Shown: positions 47,914 through 57,175, counted from the stretch's first letter. The stretch: 64,000 nt of DNA from Candidatus Saccharimonadales bacterium (GCA_038206875.1 JBBRAK010000001.1:67925-131924); one strand, 5' to 3'. Numbers and translations: made by a program. Notes: generated by a model from the sequence alone, not told the origin.

Positions 47914-48945
47914 CTATTCAGCTAAGGCGTAGGTGGCTTTGGCTACTCGTTTGAACTGTTGCTTGCCTTGTAGGTTCAGCAAAATTGTGGTTTCTTTTAC
48001 GTAGCGGCTTTTTAGAACTAATTTAACAATTTCGTCTCTGTGAAGAGGCTGGTTGGCTTTTTTAAGTACCTCGGTGATTATGTCAGCGACTGTTCCCTTG
48101 CTGTATCCCCATTCTTTTAGGGCGTATATTCCCCGCCCTATCAGGACAAATCTTTTGTCTTTGATAAGCTCGTTGTGAATTGCCTGAGTTGTCACATCTT
48201 TTCGTTTGAAATCACTTCCTTTGATAGCTTCGCCAATCTCATTGAAGTGCATATGTTTGCCGTACTCTTTCAAAATAACGTATATTTTATCTCTGATGTT
48301 CTTGGGGTTGACCATTGGCCACTTGATAAGTCCCCATCGGCCATTTAGGGTTGCAAGTGACTTTGATATGCTTGCAAGAGCTGCGACATGTTTGATGTTG
48401 TTTATGCCAGCTTCTTTAGCTATGTTTTCAATAACATCGGGTTCGCCAATCTTTTTGACAGCAGCTACTACTTGTTCCACCATTTTTTTAACTTTCTTTT
48501 CGTCATGGACAGTTTTGTATGCAACAGCAAGAAAATAGTTGTCGTTGTCGTCAATCACTACAAGTTTGGGGCTTAACTGAGCTAGAAATGAAACTCGAGA
48601 TTGATCAACTCGGGTATTTTCTTTGTTCAATTTTGCACTTAGGTCTGAAACTCTAGCTACATCACCCATGTTTCCAAGTAGTTCTATAAAGGCATCTTGA
48701 ATCATTGCAATATGTGGTAACTGTCCGCTATCAGCGTTGGCTTTTAGCTTGGTTACAACGGCTTTTTCAAGTTGTCTAACGCGTTCCCTGGTGATGCCCA
48801 GTAATTCCCCAATTTGTTCCAGCGTTTCTTTGCGATCAAACAAACCAAAGCGTCTAGAGATAATTTCTCTTTCGCGTTCACGTTCGATTGTACCAAGTAC
48901 ATCTGTAACGATTTTTTCGATTTGTAGTTTTGCTGCTTCTGGCAT
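47914..48945 (-). CDS. sigma-70 region 4 HTH fused to two HARE-HTH-like domains
   Basis: N-terminus EREIISRRFGLFDRKETLEQIGELLGITRERVRQLEKAVVTKLK is a canonical sigma70 region 4.2. The C-terminal 270 aa contains two winged-helix units ending ..KRFVLIGRGIYALKEW and ..FKRVAKATYALAE, as in HARE-HTH. There are no sigma regions 2 or 3. Confidence 0.55.
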   Translation of the reverse strand: MPEAAKLQIEKIVTDVLGTIEREREREIISRRFGLFDRKETLEQIGELLGITRERVRQLEKAVVTKLKANADSGQLPHIAMIQDAFIELLGNMGDVARVSDLSAKLNKENTRVDQSRVSFLAQLSPKLVVIDDNDNYFLAVAYKTVHDEKKVKKMVEQVVAAVKKIGEPDVIENIAKEAGINNIKHVAALASISKSLATLNGRWGLIKWPMVNPKNIRDKIYVILKEYGKHMHFNEIGEAIKGSDFKRKDVTTQAIHNELIKDKRFVLIGRGIYALKEWGYSKGTVADIITEVLKKANQPLHRDEIVKLVLKSRYVKETTILLNLQGKQQFKRVAKATYALAE

Positions 48946-49132
48946 GGTGATTTTCTCTCGTATATTACAGTTTATATGTAACTATAGTATTATTCTAAAA
49001 CACAAAGTCCTAAAAGTCAATACCTTTCCAACTAAGTATAATTATAGCATGAAATAGACTATGTTACTTTAAAAATGGTGTAGAATTATCATTACAAAAC
49101 AACTTGCCAAGATACAAAATTGTGGATAAACA

Positions 49133-51418
49133 CTACTTCTTTGTGCGTCGGATGAAGCGTTTCTTTTTGGCCGGGGCTTTGGCTATCATTTCTTTGGCTT
49201 GGTCTTCTGTTATTTTAGTTGCGTCTATATCCTTAGCAATTCGGGCATTCTTTTTGCCATCTGTAACATATGGGCCGTACGGCCCGTTTACGATGTTAAT
49301 TCCGTTTTTGAATTGAGCAATGTATTTGTTGGCTTCTTTTTCTAGTTTTTCGTCATAAAGTACTCGGGCCTCTTCTTCGGTGATTTTGAACGGATCGTGT
49401 GGTTTTATAGAAACAAACAACTTTTCGACTACTATATATGGTCCAAACCGACCAATATTTGATTTGATTTCTTTACCATCTACGGTATTGCCAACAAGTC
49501 TTGGTAGTTTGAACATCTCAAGCGCTTGCTCGAAAGTCACATCTTCTAGTGCTACGCCCTCGGGCATGGGTGCGAAGTCTGGTTTTTCTTCGCTCTCGGT
49601 TTCTCCTCTTTGTAGCATGGCGCCGTAACGACCGTATCTTGCGATTATTGGTTTGCCTGATTTGGGGTCATCGCCTAATTTTCTTGCCTGGCTTGTTTCT
49701 TCTCTGCTTACGTCGGCAGATTTTTCTACAAGTGGGTGAAATTCTTTGTAAAAATTTGTCAACATCTGTTCCCAAGACTCTTTGCCTTCGGCTATGTCAT
49801 CAAATTCTTGCTCCACCTTTGCTGTGAAATCATAGTCCAAAACTGTGCCGAAGTGTTTGACTAAAAAGTCTGTTGTAACGCTTGCAACAGATGTTGGGAG
49901 AAGTTTGTTTTTGTCTGCACCCACTGTCACAATTGAATCAACTGTCTGGACGTTTGAGCCCTTGAGCTCCAATACTTTTATAGTACGCTCTACTCCCTCT
50001 AAGTCGGCCTTTTCTATGTATCCACGGGTTTGGATTGTACCTATCGTAGGAGCGTAGGTGCTTGGGCGACCTATGCCGAGTTCCTCTAATTTTTTGACGA
50101 GGCTGGCTTCGCTATACCGGGCTGGTGGGCGGTTGAAGGTTTCTGTTGCTGTGATGGTTTTTCTGTCAACAGATTGGCTGTCTTTTAACGGTGGTAAAAT
50201 AACATCATCCTTGCCTCCACCATAAACTTTGAAAAACCCGTCAAATTTCAATATTTCGCCTTTGGCAACAAATAATTCTGGACGATTGCTGATTGATATG
50301 TTGACTTCAGTTCGGTCAACTTCCGCTTGTGCCATTTGACTGGCCAGTGCCCTGCGCCAAATAAGACCGTAAAGTTTCTTTTGCTGTTCGTCAGAGCCTG
50401 CACTTAGCTTACTAAAGTTTGTGGGTCTAATTGCCTCGTGGGCTTCTTGGGCACTAGAGTTTTTGGTTTTGTACTGACGTACTTGCCAGTATTTGTCCCC
50501 GTATTCTTTTTTGATGAATTCTTCGGCAGATTTGATTGCTTGTCCAGAAAGGATCGTACTGTCGGTACGCATATAAGTGATGTCGCCGTTTTCATATAAG
50601 CGTTGTGCCAAGGTCATTGTTTGGCGTACGCCAAAACCCAATTTGCGGGCAGCTTCCTGCTGAAGTGTGCTAGTGGTAAAAGGCGCAGAAGGACTGCGAC
50701 TACCTGGTTTCTTGTCTATGCTGGTAATTTTATATGTGGCGGTTATAACATCGTTCAGGAATTTTTCAGCCGTTAGAATGCTGACTAAGCGATTGTTGAG
50801 TTCAGCTTCAAACTCATAGTCACTTGATGTAAATTTGCCAATTGCTTTGTAGTTACTCTCTGCCTCAAATTGTTTGATTTCACGTTCACGTTCAACGATC
50901 AGACGTACTGCGACAGATTGCACACGACCAGCTGATAGCCCTGTGCGAATTTTTTTCCAAAGTACGGGGCTTAGCTCGTATCCAACTAAGCGGTCTAAAA
51001 TTCTTCTTGCTTGCTGAGCCTCGACGAGCTTTATATCAACCGTTCGGGGGTTTTTGACTGCTGCTTCGATGGCAGATTTGGTGATTTCATGAAAAACAAT
51101 TCGTTTTGTCTCGGATGGGTTTAGTCCCAGTGCTTCACATAAATGCCAAGCGATTGCTTCGCCCTCGCGGTCTTCATCACTTGCCAGCCAAACTGTTGCA
51201 CCCTTAGATGCTGTTTTGAGTTCTCTGACAACTTTTGCTTTGTCGTCTGGCACCGCATAAGTTGGTGCAAATTTGTTGGAAATATCAATGTTAAGGCCCT
51301 TTTTTGGCAAATCACGTATGTGACCAAAGCTACTTTTTACGCTATAGTCTTTGCCCAGAAATTTCTCAATAGTTTTAGCTTTTGCTGGGGACTCAACTAT
51401 AACTAAATTTTTTGCCAT
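49133..51418 (-). CDS. topA: DNA topoisomerase I
   Basis: Toprim N-terminus (LVIVESPAKAKTI), active-site Tyr region, C-terminal repeats. 761 aa. Upstream of dprA on the same strand, a conserved synteny. Confidence 0.95.
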   Translation of the reverse strand: MAKNLVIVESPAKAKTIEKFLGKDYSVKSSFGHIRDLPKKGLNIDISNKFAPTYAVPDDKAKVVRELKTASKGATVWLASDEDREGEAIAWHLCEALGLNPSETKRIVFHEITKSAIEAAVKNPRTVDIKLVEAQQARRILDRLVGYELSPVLWKKIRTGLSAGRVQSVAVRLIVEREREIKQFEAESNYKAIGKFTSSDYEFEAELNNRLVSILTAEKFLNDVITATYKITSIDKKPGSRSPSAPFTTSTLQQEAARKLGFGVRQTMTLAQRLYENGDITYMRTDSTILSGQAIKSAEEFIKKEYGDKYWQVRQYKTKNSSAQEAHEAIRPTNFSKLSAGSDEQQKKLYGLIWRRALASQMAQAEVDRTEVNISISNRPELFVAKGEILKFDGFFKVYGGGKDDVILPPLKDSQSVDRKTITATETFNRPPARYSEASLVKKLEELGIGRPSTYAPTIGTIQTRGYIEKADLEGVERTIKVLELKGSNVQTVDSIVTVGADKNKLLPTSVASVTTDFLVKHFGTVLDYDFTAKVEQEFDDIAEGKESWEQMLTNFYKEFHPLVEKSADVSREETSQARKLGDDPKSGKPIIARYGRYGAMLQRGETESEEKPDFAPMPEGVALEDVTFEQALEMFKLPRLVGNTVDGKEIKSNIGRFGPYIVVEKLFVSIKPHDPFKITEEEARVLYDEKLEKEANKYIAQFKNGINIVNGPYGPYVTDGKKNARIAKDIDATKITEDQAKEMIAKAPAKKKRFIRRTKK

Positions 51419-51486
51419 ATCGCTTAAGTATACCTTTATTCTTATATATACAAATGGTAAGACTAAAGCATTATTCCCTCAAAAGC

Positions 51487-51543
51487 AAATTCACAAAATC
51501 CACACTTCAAAAGGTCCGACCTTTTACAGAGAGGGAAAATGTG
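51487..51543. repeat. 55-nt dispersed repeat, copy 2
   Basis: See copy 1 (19299-19354). Here it lies immediately 3' of the small minus-strand membrane-protein gene and 5' of topA. Confidence 0.5.
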
Positions 51544-51545
51544 AT

Positions 51546-51716
51546 TTATAGATTTGAGATTTTGTAGCCGGCGTAGATACCTGCGAAAGAACCTACGGTT
51601 CCAAGGAAAAATGTCCAAAAACCTAGTCCATTACCGTGATCCACTGCTGAGCCAATCAGGCCGCCGACGGTTGAACCCACAAAAATACCTAGGTATATCA
51701 TGCGTTTTGTTTCCAT
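51546..51716 (-). CDS. unannotated 56-aa small membrane protein (GlsB/YeaQ/YmgE-like)
   Basis: METKRMIYLGIFVGSTVGGLIGSAVDHGNGLGFWTFFLGTVGSFAGIYAGYKISNL has two TM helices with GxxxG-type glycine zippers. Below the 60-aa cutoff of the ORF track. Confidence 0.45.
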   Translation of the reverse strand: METKRMIYLGIFVGSTVGGLIGSAVDHGNGLGFWTFFLGTVGSFAGIYAGYKISNL

Positions 51717-51759
51717 GATTTTAGCTTACATCAGATAGAGTCTTGTTGACAGCTTTTGG

Positions 51760-52617
51760 TTATTTTATGGCCCACTGCGCAGAGCCAAGTGGGCGGATTT
51801 TCCCCGTGATTTCTAGCATGGTCATAGTTTGGCTGAACTGTTCTGGAGGAAGTTCGCTAGATTTTTGAAGTTCATTTATGTCTGTTATCCCACGCTTCAT
51901 AAGTTCTAAAATTATAGCTTCTTCTGCATTGGCTCCCATAACAGATACATTTGTCGTCCCAGATTCAAGATTTAGTGCGGATAAGATGTCATTTACGTCT
52001 GTAACGGGTACCGCGCCGGTTTTGATTAGGTTGTTGGTCCCTGCGCTGTTACCGCTAGTAATGTTGCCAGGAACAGCCATGACTACCTTTCCCTGTTCTA
52101 GAGCAAAGTTGGCAGTATGTAGTGAACCACTACGTTCGGTTGCTTCAGTGATGAGCAGTCCGTCACTGAGACCTGAAACCAGCCTGTTGCGTGCCACGAA
52201 ATTTTGCTTGAGTCCCGGAGTTCCTTCTGGATATTCACTTATGATTGCTCCACCGAGCTCTAATATCTTTAGTGCTAAACTGCGATTCGAGGACGGCTGG
52301 ATTGTGTCCAAGCCGTTAGCAAGTACTGCGATTGTATATCCACCTTGCTGAGTTGCAGCACGGTGAGCCAATGCGTCTACTCCAAGGGCTAATCCGCTAA
52401 CAATCGCGATTCCACGCCTAGTAAGTTCCTCCGCAAGTCGTGTGGTAGTTTGCTGACCGTACGGAGTAACTGCCCTACTGCCGACTATTCCAACGACTTT
52501 GGTGTGTTTTAGGGGTTTTAAATCGCCAAGTACATAAAGCAATTTCGGTGAACTGGGGATGTTTTTTAGGGCCGTTGGAAATAATTTGTCATTTTGGGTA
52601 ACTTTATTGATTTTCAC
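51760..52617 (-). CDS. dprA: DNA processing protein DprA (Smf)
   Basis: Rossmann-like DprA domain (VGIVGSRAVTPYG..IVSGLALGVDALAHRAA..TIAVLANGLD). Confidence 0.9.
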   Translation of the reverse strand: MKINKVTQNDKLFPTALKNIPSSPKLLYVLGDLKPLKHTKVVGIVGSRAVTPYGQQTTTRLAEELTRRGIAIVSGLALGVDALAHRAATQQGGYTIAVLANGLDTIQPSSNRSLALKILELGGAIISEYPEGTPGLKQNFVARNRLVSGLSDGLLITEATERSGSLHTANFALEQGKVVMAVPGNITSGNSAGTNNLIKTGAVPVTDVNDILSALNLESGTTNVSVMGANAEEAIILELMKRGITDINELQKSSELPPEQFSQTMTMLEITGKIRPLGSAQWAIK

Positions 52618-52626
52618 ACAAGTTCC

Positions 52627-52655
52627 TATTCAGGTATTGACATAATGTAATGTAT
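52627..52655 (+). promoter_or_regulatory. near-consensus sigma70 promoter TTGACA-17-TAAAAT
   Basis: TTGACA at 52627-52632, a 17-nt spacer, TAAAAT at 52650-52655. Diverges from dprA and points into a GC-rich non-coding island. Confidence 0.45.
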
Positions 52656-52662
52656 TTGCTAA

Positions 52663-53028
52663 AATAGCAATTCTAAGTCCCGATTCGTCGGAATTTATGC
52701 ACCTTATACCCTATTCTAACACTCCCGTTAATTCGGGATAAATTGTTAGATTGTTTTAGAGTCTTAGATACAAAGTTGTTACCCTCCACTTTTCGTCTTT
52801 GTTCACTCTCGGGTGAGCAGGCTCTAAAACAAACTAACCCCTTTAAACTACCAATTCATTAGCGAGTCCGCAAGATTTCTGCCCCGGCAGAAAGCACGTG
52901 TCCGTAGGCACTCTCGTAGACATCGATGCTTCGCGGGTGGGTTTGAAGGGTGTAATTGGGAGATGATGTATTCGTCTCCAAAAATGAACCACCAGCGGTG
53001 CCCACCCCCTCTGGTGGTTCTTTTTATT
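52663..53028 (+). ncRNA. candidate structured non-coding RNA (identity unresolved: tmRNA, RNase P RNA, SRP RNA or novel)
   Basis: A 530-bp gap between dprA and pth. GC content is far above the flanks. The only ORF is a shadow reading frame (52843-53133). Bounded by the promoter above and a strong intrinsic terminator. Contains a UUCG hairpin (CCGA-TTCG-TCGG) and a 9-bp inverted repeat GTTTTAGAG...CTCTAAAAC. Confidence 0.3.
52986..53028. terminator. bidirectional Rho-independent terminator
   Basis: GAACCACCAG-(15 nt loop)-CTGGTGGTTC followed by TTTTT on the plus strand, with A-tract / TTTT context on the minus strand. Confidence 0.6.
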
Positions 53029-53150
53029 GAGATGTGCCCACCAACCCATAATTTTCTGCTGAAAATTTGGCCTGGCCCGCCTCAGCGCCGACGCGCTTCC
53101 GGCCACGCAGACTGCCGCCAGGGCAGTCCTCATCCTCTGTAGGCTCTTTT

Positions 53151-53792
53151 TTATACTAGGAAATTTCGAGTTTCGGGGTTGAGGGTTCCGCTGTGGATAT
53201 ACTCAGTTATGATTGAAGATGATTCTTGGAGTAGATTTTTTAGCTGTTTTTGTTCGTTGTCGTTAAATTTGGCTAACACAAAGTCTGCGCTATCCATGGT
53301 AGAGGGTTTTTTGGGTCCGACACCTACGCGGACTCTGCCAAAACCTTCGCCAATGTGTTGCACGAGTGATTTGATGCCATTGTGACCGGCATCAGAGCCA
53401 CCCACACGGGTGCGGATTTGGCCAAAATCTATGTCTAGTTCGTCGTGAATGACTATTATATTGGAGGGTTTGATTTTGTAAAAATGAGCCACGGCTTGGA
53501 CTGCTTCGCCACTGTTGTTCATAAAAGTGGTTGGTTTGCACAAAATAACCCTGGAGTCGCCTACATTGCCCGTTGTTTCGACAATTTTTAAATCTTTCTT
53601 GTTGGCCCAATTGTCAATTCCCTGACTTACCGCTAAGGCGTCTATGCAATCAAACCCTATGTTATGTCGAGTCCCGGTATACTTTTTCCCAACATTTCCT
53701 AGTCCCACAACCAAGATAGATTTATTTAAGCCCAAACTGTAAATGGGTATATTACTTCCCCCAGCGTCCGGTTTTCTTTGAAACAATGCCAT
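53151..53792 (-). CDS. pth: peptidyl-tRNA hydrolase
   Basis: LVVGLGNVGKKYTGTRHNIGF and catalytic His/Asp context. Has an N-terminal extension of about 25 aa. Confidence 0.88.
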   Translation of the reverse strand: MALFQRKPDAGGSNIPIYSLGLNKSILVVGLGNVGKKYTGTRHNIGFDCIDALAVSQGIDNWANKKDLKIVETTGNVGDSRVILCKPTTFMNNSGEAVQAVAHFYKIKPSNIIVIHDELDIDFGQIRTRVGGSDAGHNGIKSLVQHIGEGFGRVRVGVGPKKPSTMDSADFVLAKFNDNEQKQLKNLLQESSSIITEYIHSGTLNPETRNFLV

Positions 53793-53869
53793 GCGGTTAG
53801 TCTAGCAGACAAACTTGTGTTCTGGTATTTCAGAGGAGTATACTATGCCCCTATTTAGGAGATGATGAG

Positions 53870-54337
53870 ATGTCGACGCTTGAAGTTGGGAAGTTTGAGA
53901 TTGTTACACCCATATTGACAGTTTTGGGTGACGAGGAACTTCGGATGCCTGAGCCAGGTGAGGTTCTTTTGGCGCATGGCATAACAATTGGTGAAGATCG
54001 AGAAACTAAGATGGGTAAACTTGTGCTATCCCCGAAACCCGTAATGATTGAAGGACCTTTTACTTCATGGCATTATGATATGATTCACACCCAGGCCCAT
54101 CTTACGGAAGAGGGCGAGCTTGAAATAAAGCTCGCAGGAATTAAGGGTGAACTGCTTACGCCTAAACAAGTTGGAGAGTTGTCCGAGGCACTTGATTCGG
54201 TAGCACTAAAAGTTGATATTTTTGCCACTGATTTGTTAGTGTTTAACGGTTTTAGAGCTGGAATGCCGATTGCTCACAGTGTACTCACAAAATCTGCTTC
54301 AAGACGTTCACATTTCTTCCCTATACAAATATCGTAA
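53870..54337 (+). CDS. hypothetical protein
   Basis: 155 aa, no motif recognised. SD GGAGATGATGAG precedes the start. Confidence 0.4.
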   Translation: MSTLEVGKFEIVTPILTVLGDEELRMPEPGEVLLAHGITIGEDRETKMGKLVLSPKPVMIEGPFTSWHYDMIHTQAHLTEEGELEIKLAGIKGELLTPKQVGELSEALDSVALKVDIFATDLLVFNGFRAGMPIAHSVLTKSASRRSHFFPIQIS

Positions 54338-54342
54338 TCGGA

Positions 54343-55689
54343 TTACTCTTTGTCAGGTTTAGTGCCGTGTTTGTGAGTTTCGTGTTTTTCGAAAAACCAG
54401 AATTTTAGTGGGGTTCCAGAAAAACCGAACTTTTCACGGATGGTTCTGTCCATATAGCGTTTATAGCTCCAGTGCAAAAATTTGGTGCTGGCGCCGTAGA
54501 CTTTGAAGTTGGTGGGATTTTCTTTTTCCTGAACCATGTAGTTTAGTTTTGGGGTTCGGTTTTTGAGTCCTGCTGGGGGGTGTTTATCTGTGATTTCGCG
54601 TAGCCATCGGTTGAGCTCGGTTGTTTTGACCAATGTTTCTCGAGCATGAGCAATCTCTAGAACCAAATCAAACAGCTTGGTGACGTTTTGTCCTGTAACG
54701 CTACTGGTCAAAATGAGTGGTGCCCAGGGCACAAAATCATAATTATGTTTTATCTGGGGGGCTATGGCATCGCGGGTGAAGGCATCTTTGTCTAATAAAC
54801 TGTCCCATTTGCTGATTACTAACACCAGTCCCTTACCAGATTCTTTTATCATGCCGGCGATTTTTTGGTCGAGAGACACGTTTAGTTCATTGGCATCCAT
54901 GAGCATGAGGCATACGTCTGATTGTTCTATGGCTGAAAGACTGCGGATAACGCTAAATCGTTCGATTCCCTTTTCTATCTTGCCACTGCGTCTGATGCCG
55001 GCGGTGTCCATGATTTCAATCGTACGGCCTTGATATTTAACAGTTGCGCGGTTGATGTCACGTGTTGTCCCTGCCCTATCTGACACGATTGATTGCTGTT
55101 TTTTGGCTAAAGTATTAAATAAGGCTGATTTTCCGACATTTGGTCTACCCAGAATAGACACGTGAATAGCATCTATGTCGTCTGTTAATGTAGCACGAGG
55201 TATATGAATCACTAGTTCGTCTAGCAATTCTTCTATACCAGTACGTTGGGTACTGCTAGTCAGTAGGATTTGTTTTACACCTAGCCTTTCATAGTCTTTT
55301 GCTACGGCTTTTGGGGCTGTGTCGGCTTTGTTCACAACTAGGAATACTGGTTTTTTGGATTTCAGGGCCATTTTGGCTACTCGGCGATCCTCTTCGGTAA
55401 TTATTACGCCTGCTTCAATAACAACCCAGATTACGTCGGCACTGTCACTTGCCTGCTGAATTTGTTCCTGGATGGTAAATTCAAAATCATCTTCGGCTTC
55501 CTTGATGCCGGCGGTGTCCACAATCCAAAAATTTTGACCACGGTAATCGGCTTTGGCCATGATACTGTCTCGGGTCGTGCCGGCTTCGCGTGCAACAATC
55601 GCCTCTCGCCTTTCCAAAACTGCGTTGAACAGACTAGATTTGCCTACATTGGCACGCCCAACAATTGCGACTATAGGAAGCTTCTTCAT
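54343..55689 (-). CDS. der: ribosome-biogenesis GTPase Der (EngA)
   Basis: Tandem G-domains (GRANVGKSSLFN.. DTAG; GRPNVGKSALFN.. DTAG) and a KH-like C-terminus. Start at MKKLPIVAIVG; the upstream extension in the ORF track is not supported. Confidence 0.92.
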   Translation of the reverse strand: MKKLPIVAIVGRANVGKSSLFNAVLERREAIVAREAGTTRDSIMAKADYRGQNFWIVDTAGIKEAEDDFEFTIQEQIQQASDSADVIWVVIEAGVIITEEDRRVAKMALKSKKPVFLVVNKADTAPKAVAKDYERLGVKQILLTSSTQRTGIEELLDELVIHIPRATLTDDIDAIHVSILGRPNVGKSALFNTLAKKQQSIVSDRAGTTRDINRATVKYQGRTIEIMDTAGIRRSGKIEKGIERFSVIRSLSAIEQSDVCLMLMDANELNVSLDQKIAGMIKESGKGLVLVISKWDSLLDKDAFTRDAIAPQIKHNYDFVPWAPLILTSSVTGQNVTKLFDLVLEIAHARETLVKTTELNRWLREITDKHPPAGLKNRTPKLNYMVQEKENPTNFKVYGASTKFLHWSYKRYMDRTIREKFGFSGTPLKFWFFEKHETHKHGTKPDKE

Positions 55690-55755
55690 TTCATACAGTT
55701 TAACAGAGATAGGTGGTATTGACAATAGTGATATAATTATGCTAGAATATACCTC

Positions 55756-57175
55756 TATGTCAGAAATTGTAGAAAAATTTGGCGGTACCACCATGGCTCA
55801 ACCCGAAGTACCTGCTGGCGTCGTAGAGGCAGGTCCTGAAAACCAAATTATTGTGGTTTCTGCTCCAGGCGCAGGCCCAAAGACGTCAAACAGAGTTACC
55901 GAGCAACTACAAACATATGCTGATACGGTAAAAACGGGTAACGAGCGTGCTATTCGTGCAGAGCGTGATGATATGGTAAGTTTGTTTGATACGCTTTATG
56001 ATGGATTGTGCGAATCAGATAGGAGTGAGTTGCGTAATATGGTGGCTACACAACTTACGCCTGGGCATCGTGATACCAAAGCATATTTTGAAAGCCGAGG
56101 CGAAGCGTCTAGTGCTGCCTATTTTGCTCGCTATATTGGTGCAGAATGTCTGCAGCCAGAAGTATATTTTCACGGAGACGGAACCGTTAATTATCCAAAA
56201 ACCAAATCCGCTATTCGTGAGCAAACGACTGGCCGTCGGGGGAAAATCGTGATTGGGGGATACTTTGGGCTGGATGAATTTGGCCGTACCTGGTTGCTTG
56301 GACCTGGTGGATCTGACCGCACAGGCGCGTTGTACGGCGGTGCGCTTGGTGTGCCCTATCATAACTTCACAGATGTTCACGGTATTTATACTGCTCCTCC
56401 AAAATATGTTCAAGCAGCCTATAGCGTCGGAGAACTGACGCGTCGCGAAGTACGCGAAGGTGCAAACGCTGGCAGCCAGGTGTTACAGGGCGATACCATA
56501 GTGGATTTGGATGAGTTCGACACAAACGGAGTAGTGATTAGTGTTAAAAAAGCTTCTGATCCACACGGACCACATACGCTAGTAGTGCCAGATTCATCAT
56601 ATTTTGAACGGCGAAATGTTGCAGATGAGATTGCTCGTCAAAAGCCAGTTGTTGCTCTTTCCGCACGGGATGACCTAACAGTAATCAACATTGATGATTT
56701 AGGTATGGCAGAAGCTGTGGGTTATCTCTCGCCTATTCTTGATAAGATGCGGAAATTAGGTTTATCTTTGGCGAACCTTCCGTCTGCCGAAGATTTTGCA
56801 AGTATTACGTTGCATAGGACTGAACAAAATGGTGAAGCAATAGCAGACCTGGTTGATTTCACTCGAGGTCGTCTACTTCGCAAATCTGGAGCCGTAACTG
56901 TAGAAGATATGGGAGTAGTGACACTTATAGGTGAGGGCTTGCGCGATCGCCGAATGAACGCAGAGGTCATTGCGCGTACGCTTGGTAGTGCATCCATGCA
57001 CAATATTTCAGCCACCCCGCTTCCCGGTTTGAATAGTCCCAGCGCGTCATTTTTGGTAACACATCCGAACATAAATGGTGAGTGGAGCCCGTACGAGATG
57101 CCTTCAGATTCCTCGCCAACTCGTAATCTGCTAAAAATTATCCATAAACTCGAGCTAGAGCCTGTAGTTGACTAA
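55756..57175 (+). CDS. aspartate kinase (amino-acid kinase family with C-terminal ACT domains)
   Basis: IVEKFGGTT, IIVVSAPGAG, LGPGGSDRTGALYGGALG (aspartokinase GRGGSD-type motif) and C-terminal ACT-like segments (GVVTLIGEGLRD..). The N-terminal extension in the ORF track overlaps der and is an artefact. Confidence 0.75.

Noticed and set aside
52753-52830. GTTTTAGAG motif reminiscent of type II CRISPR repeats
   Set aside because: Occurs once with an inverted (not direct) partner CTCTAAAAC. No repeat-spacer periodicity and no cas genes. Not a CRISPR array.
52843-53133. 96-aa minus-strand ORF inside the GC-rich island
   Set aside because: W/R/H/P-rich composition, no SD, and it spans a strong terminator hairpin. 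Typical of a spurious frame through structured GC-rich RNA.
52618-53150. Specific assignment as tmRNA, RNase P RNA or SRP RNA
   Set aside because: Looked for the tmRNA 5' GGGG/T-arm/CCA and a tag ORF, for RNase P P4 strands, and for the SRP GGAA tetraloop with AGCAGC. None matched convincingly by eye on either strand. Left as unresolved ncRNA candidate.
55553-55755. N-terminal extension of the aspartokinase ORF in the six-frame track (overlapping der)
   Set aside because: Overlaps the der start on the opposite strand. The conserved AK N-terminus (IVEKFGGTT) begins at the ATG at 55756.
55690-55794. 35-aa N-terminal extension of der in the ORF track
   Set aside because: Der G1 motif begins right after MKKLPIVAIVGRANVGKS. 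The upstream residues are hydrophobic junk.
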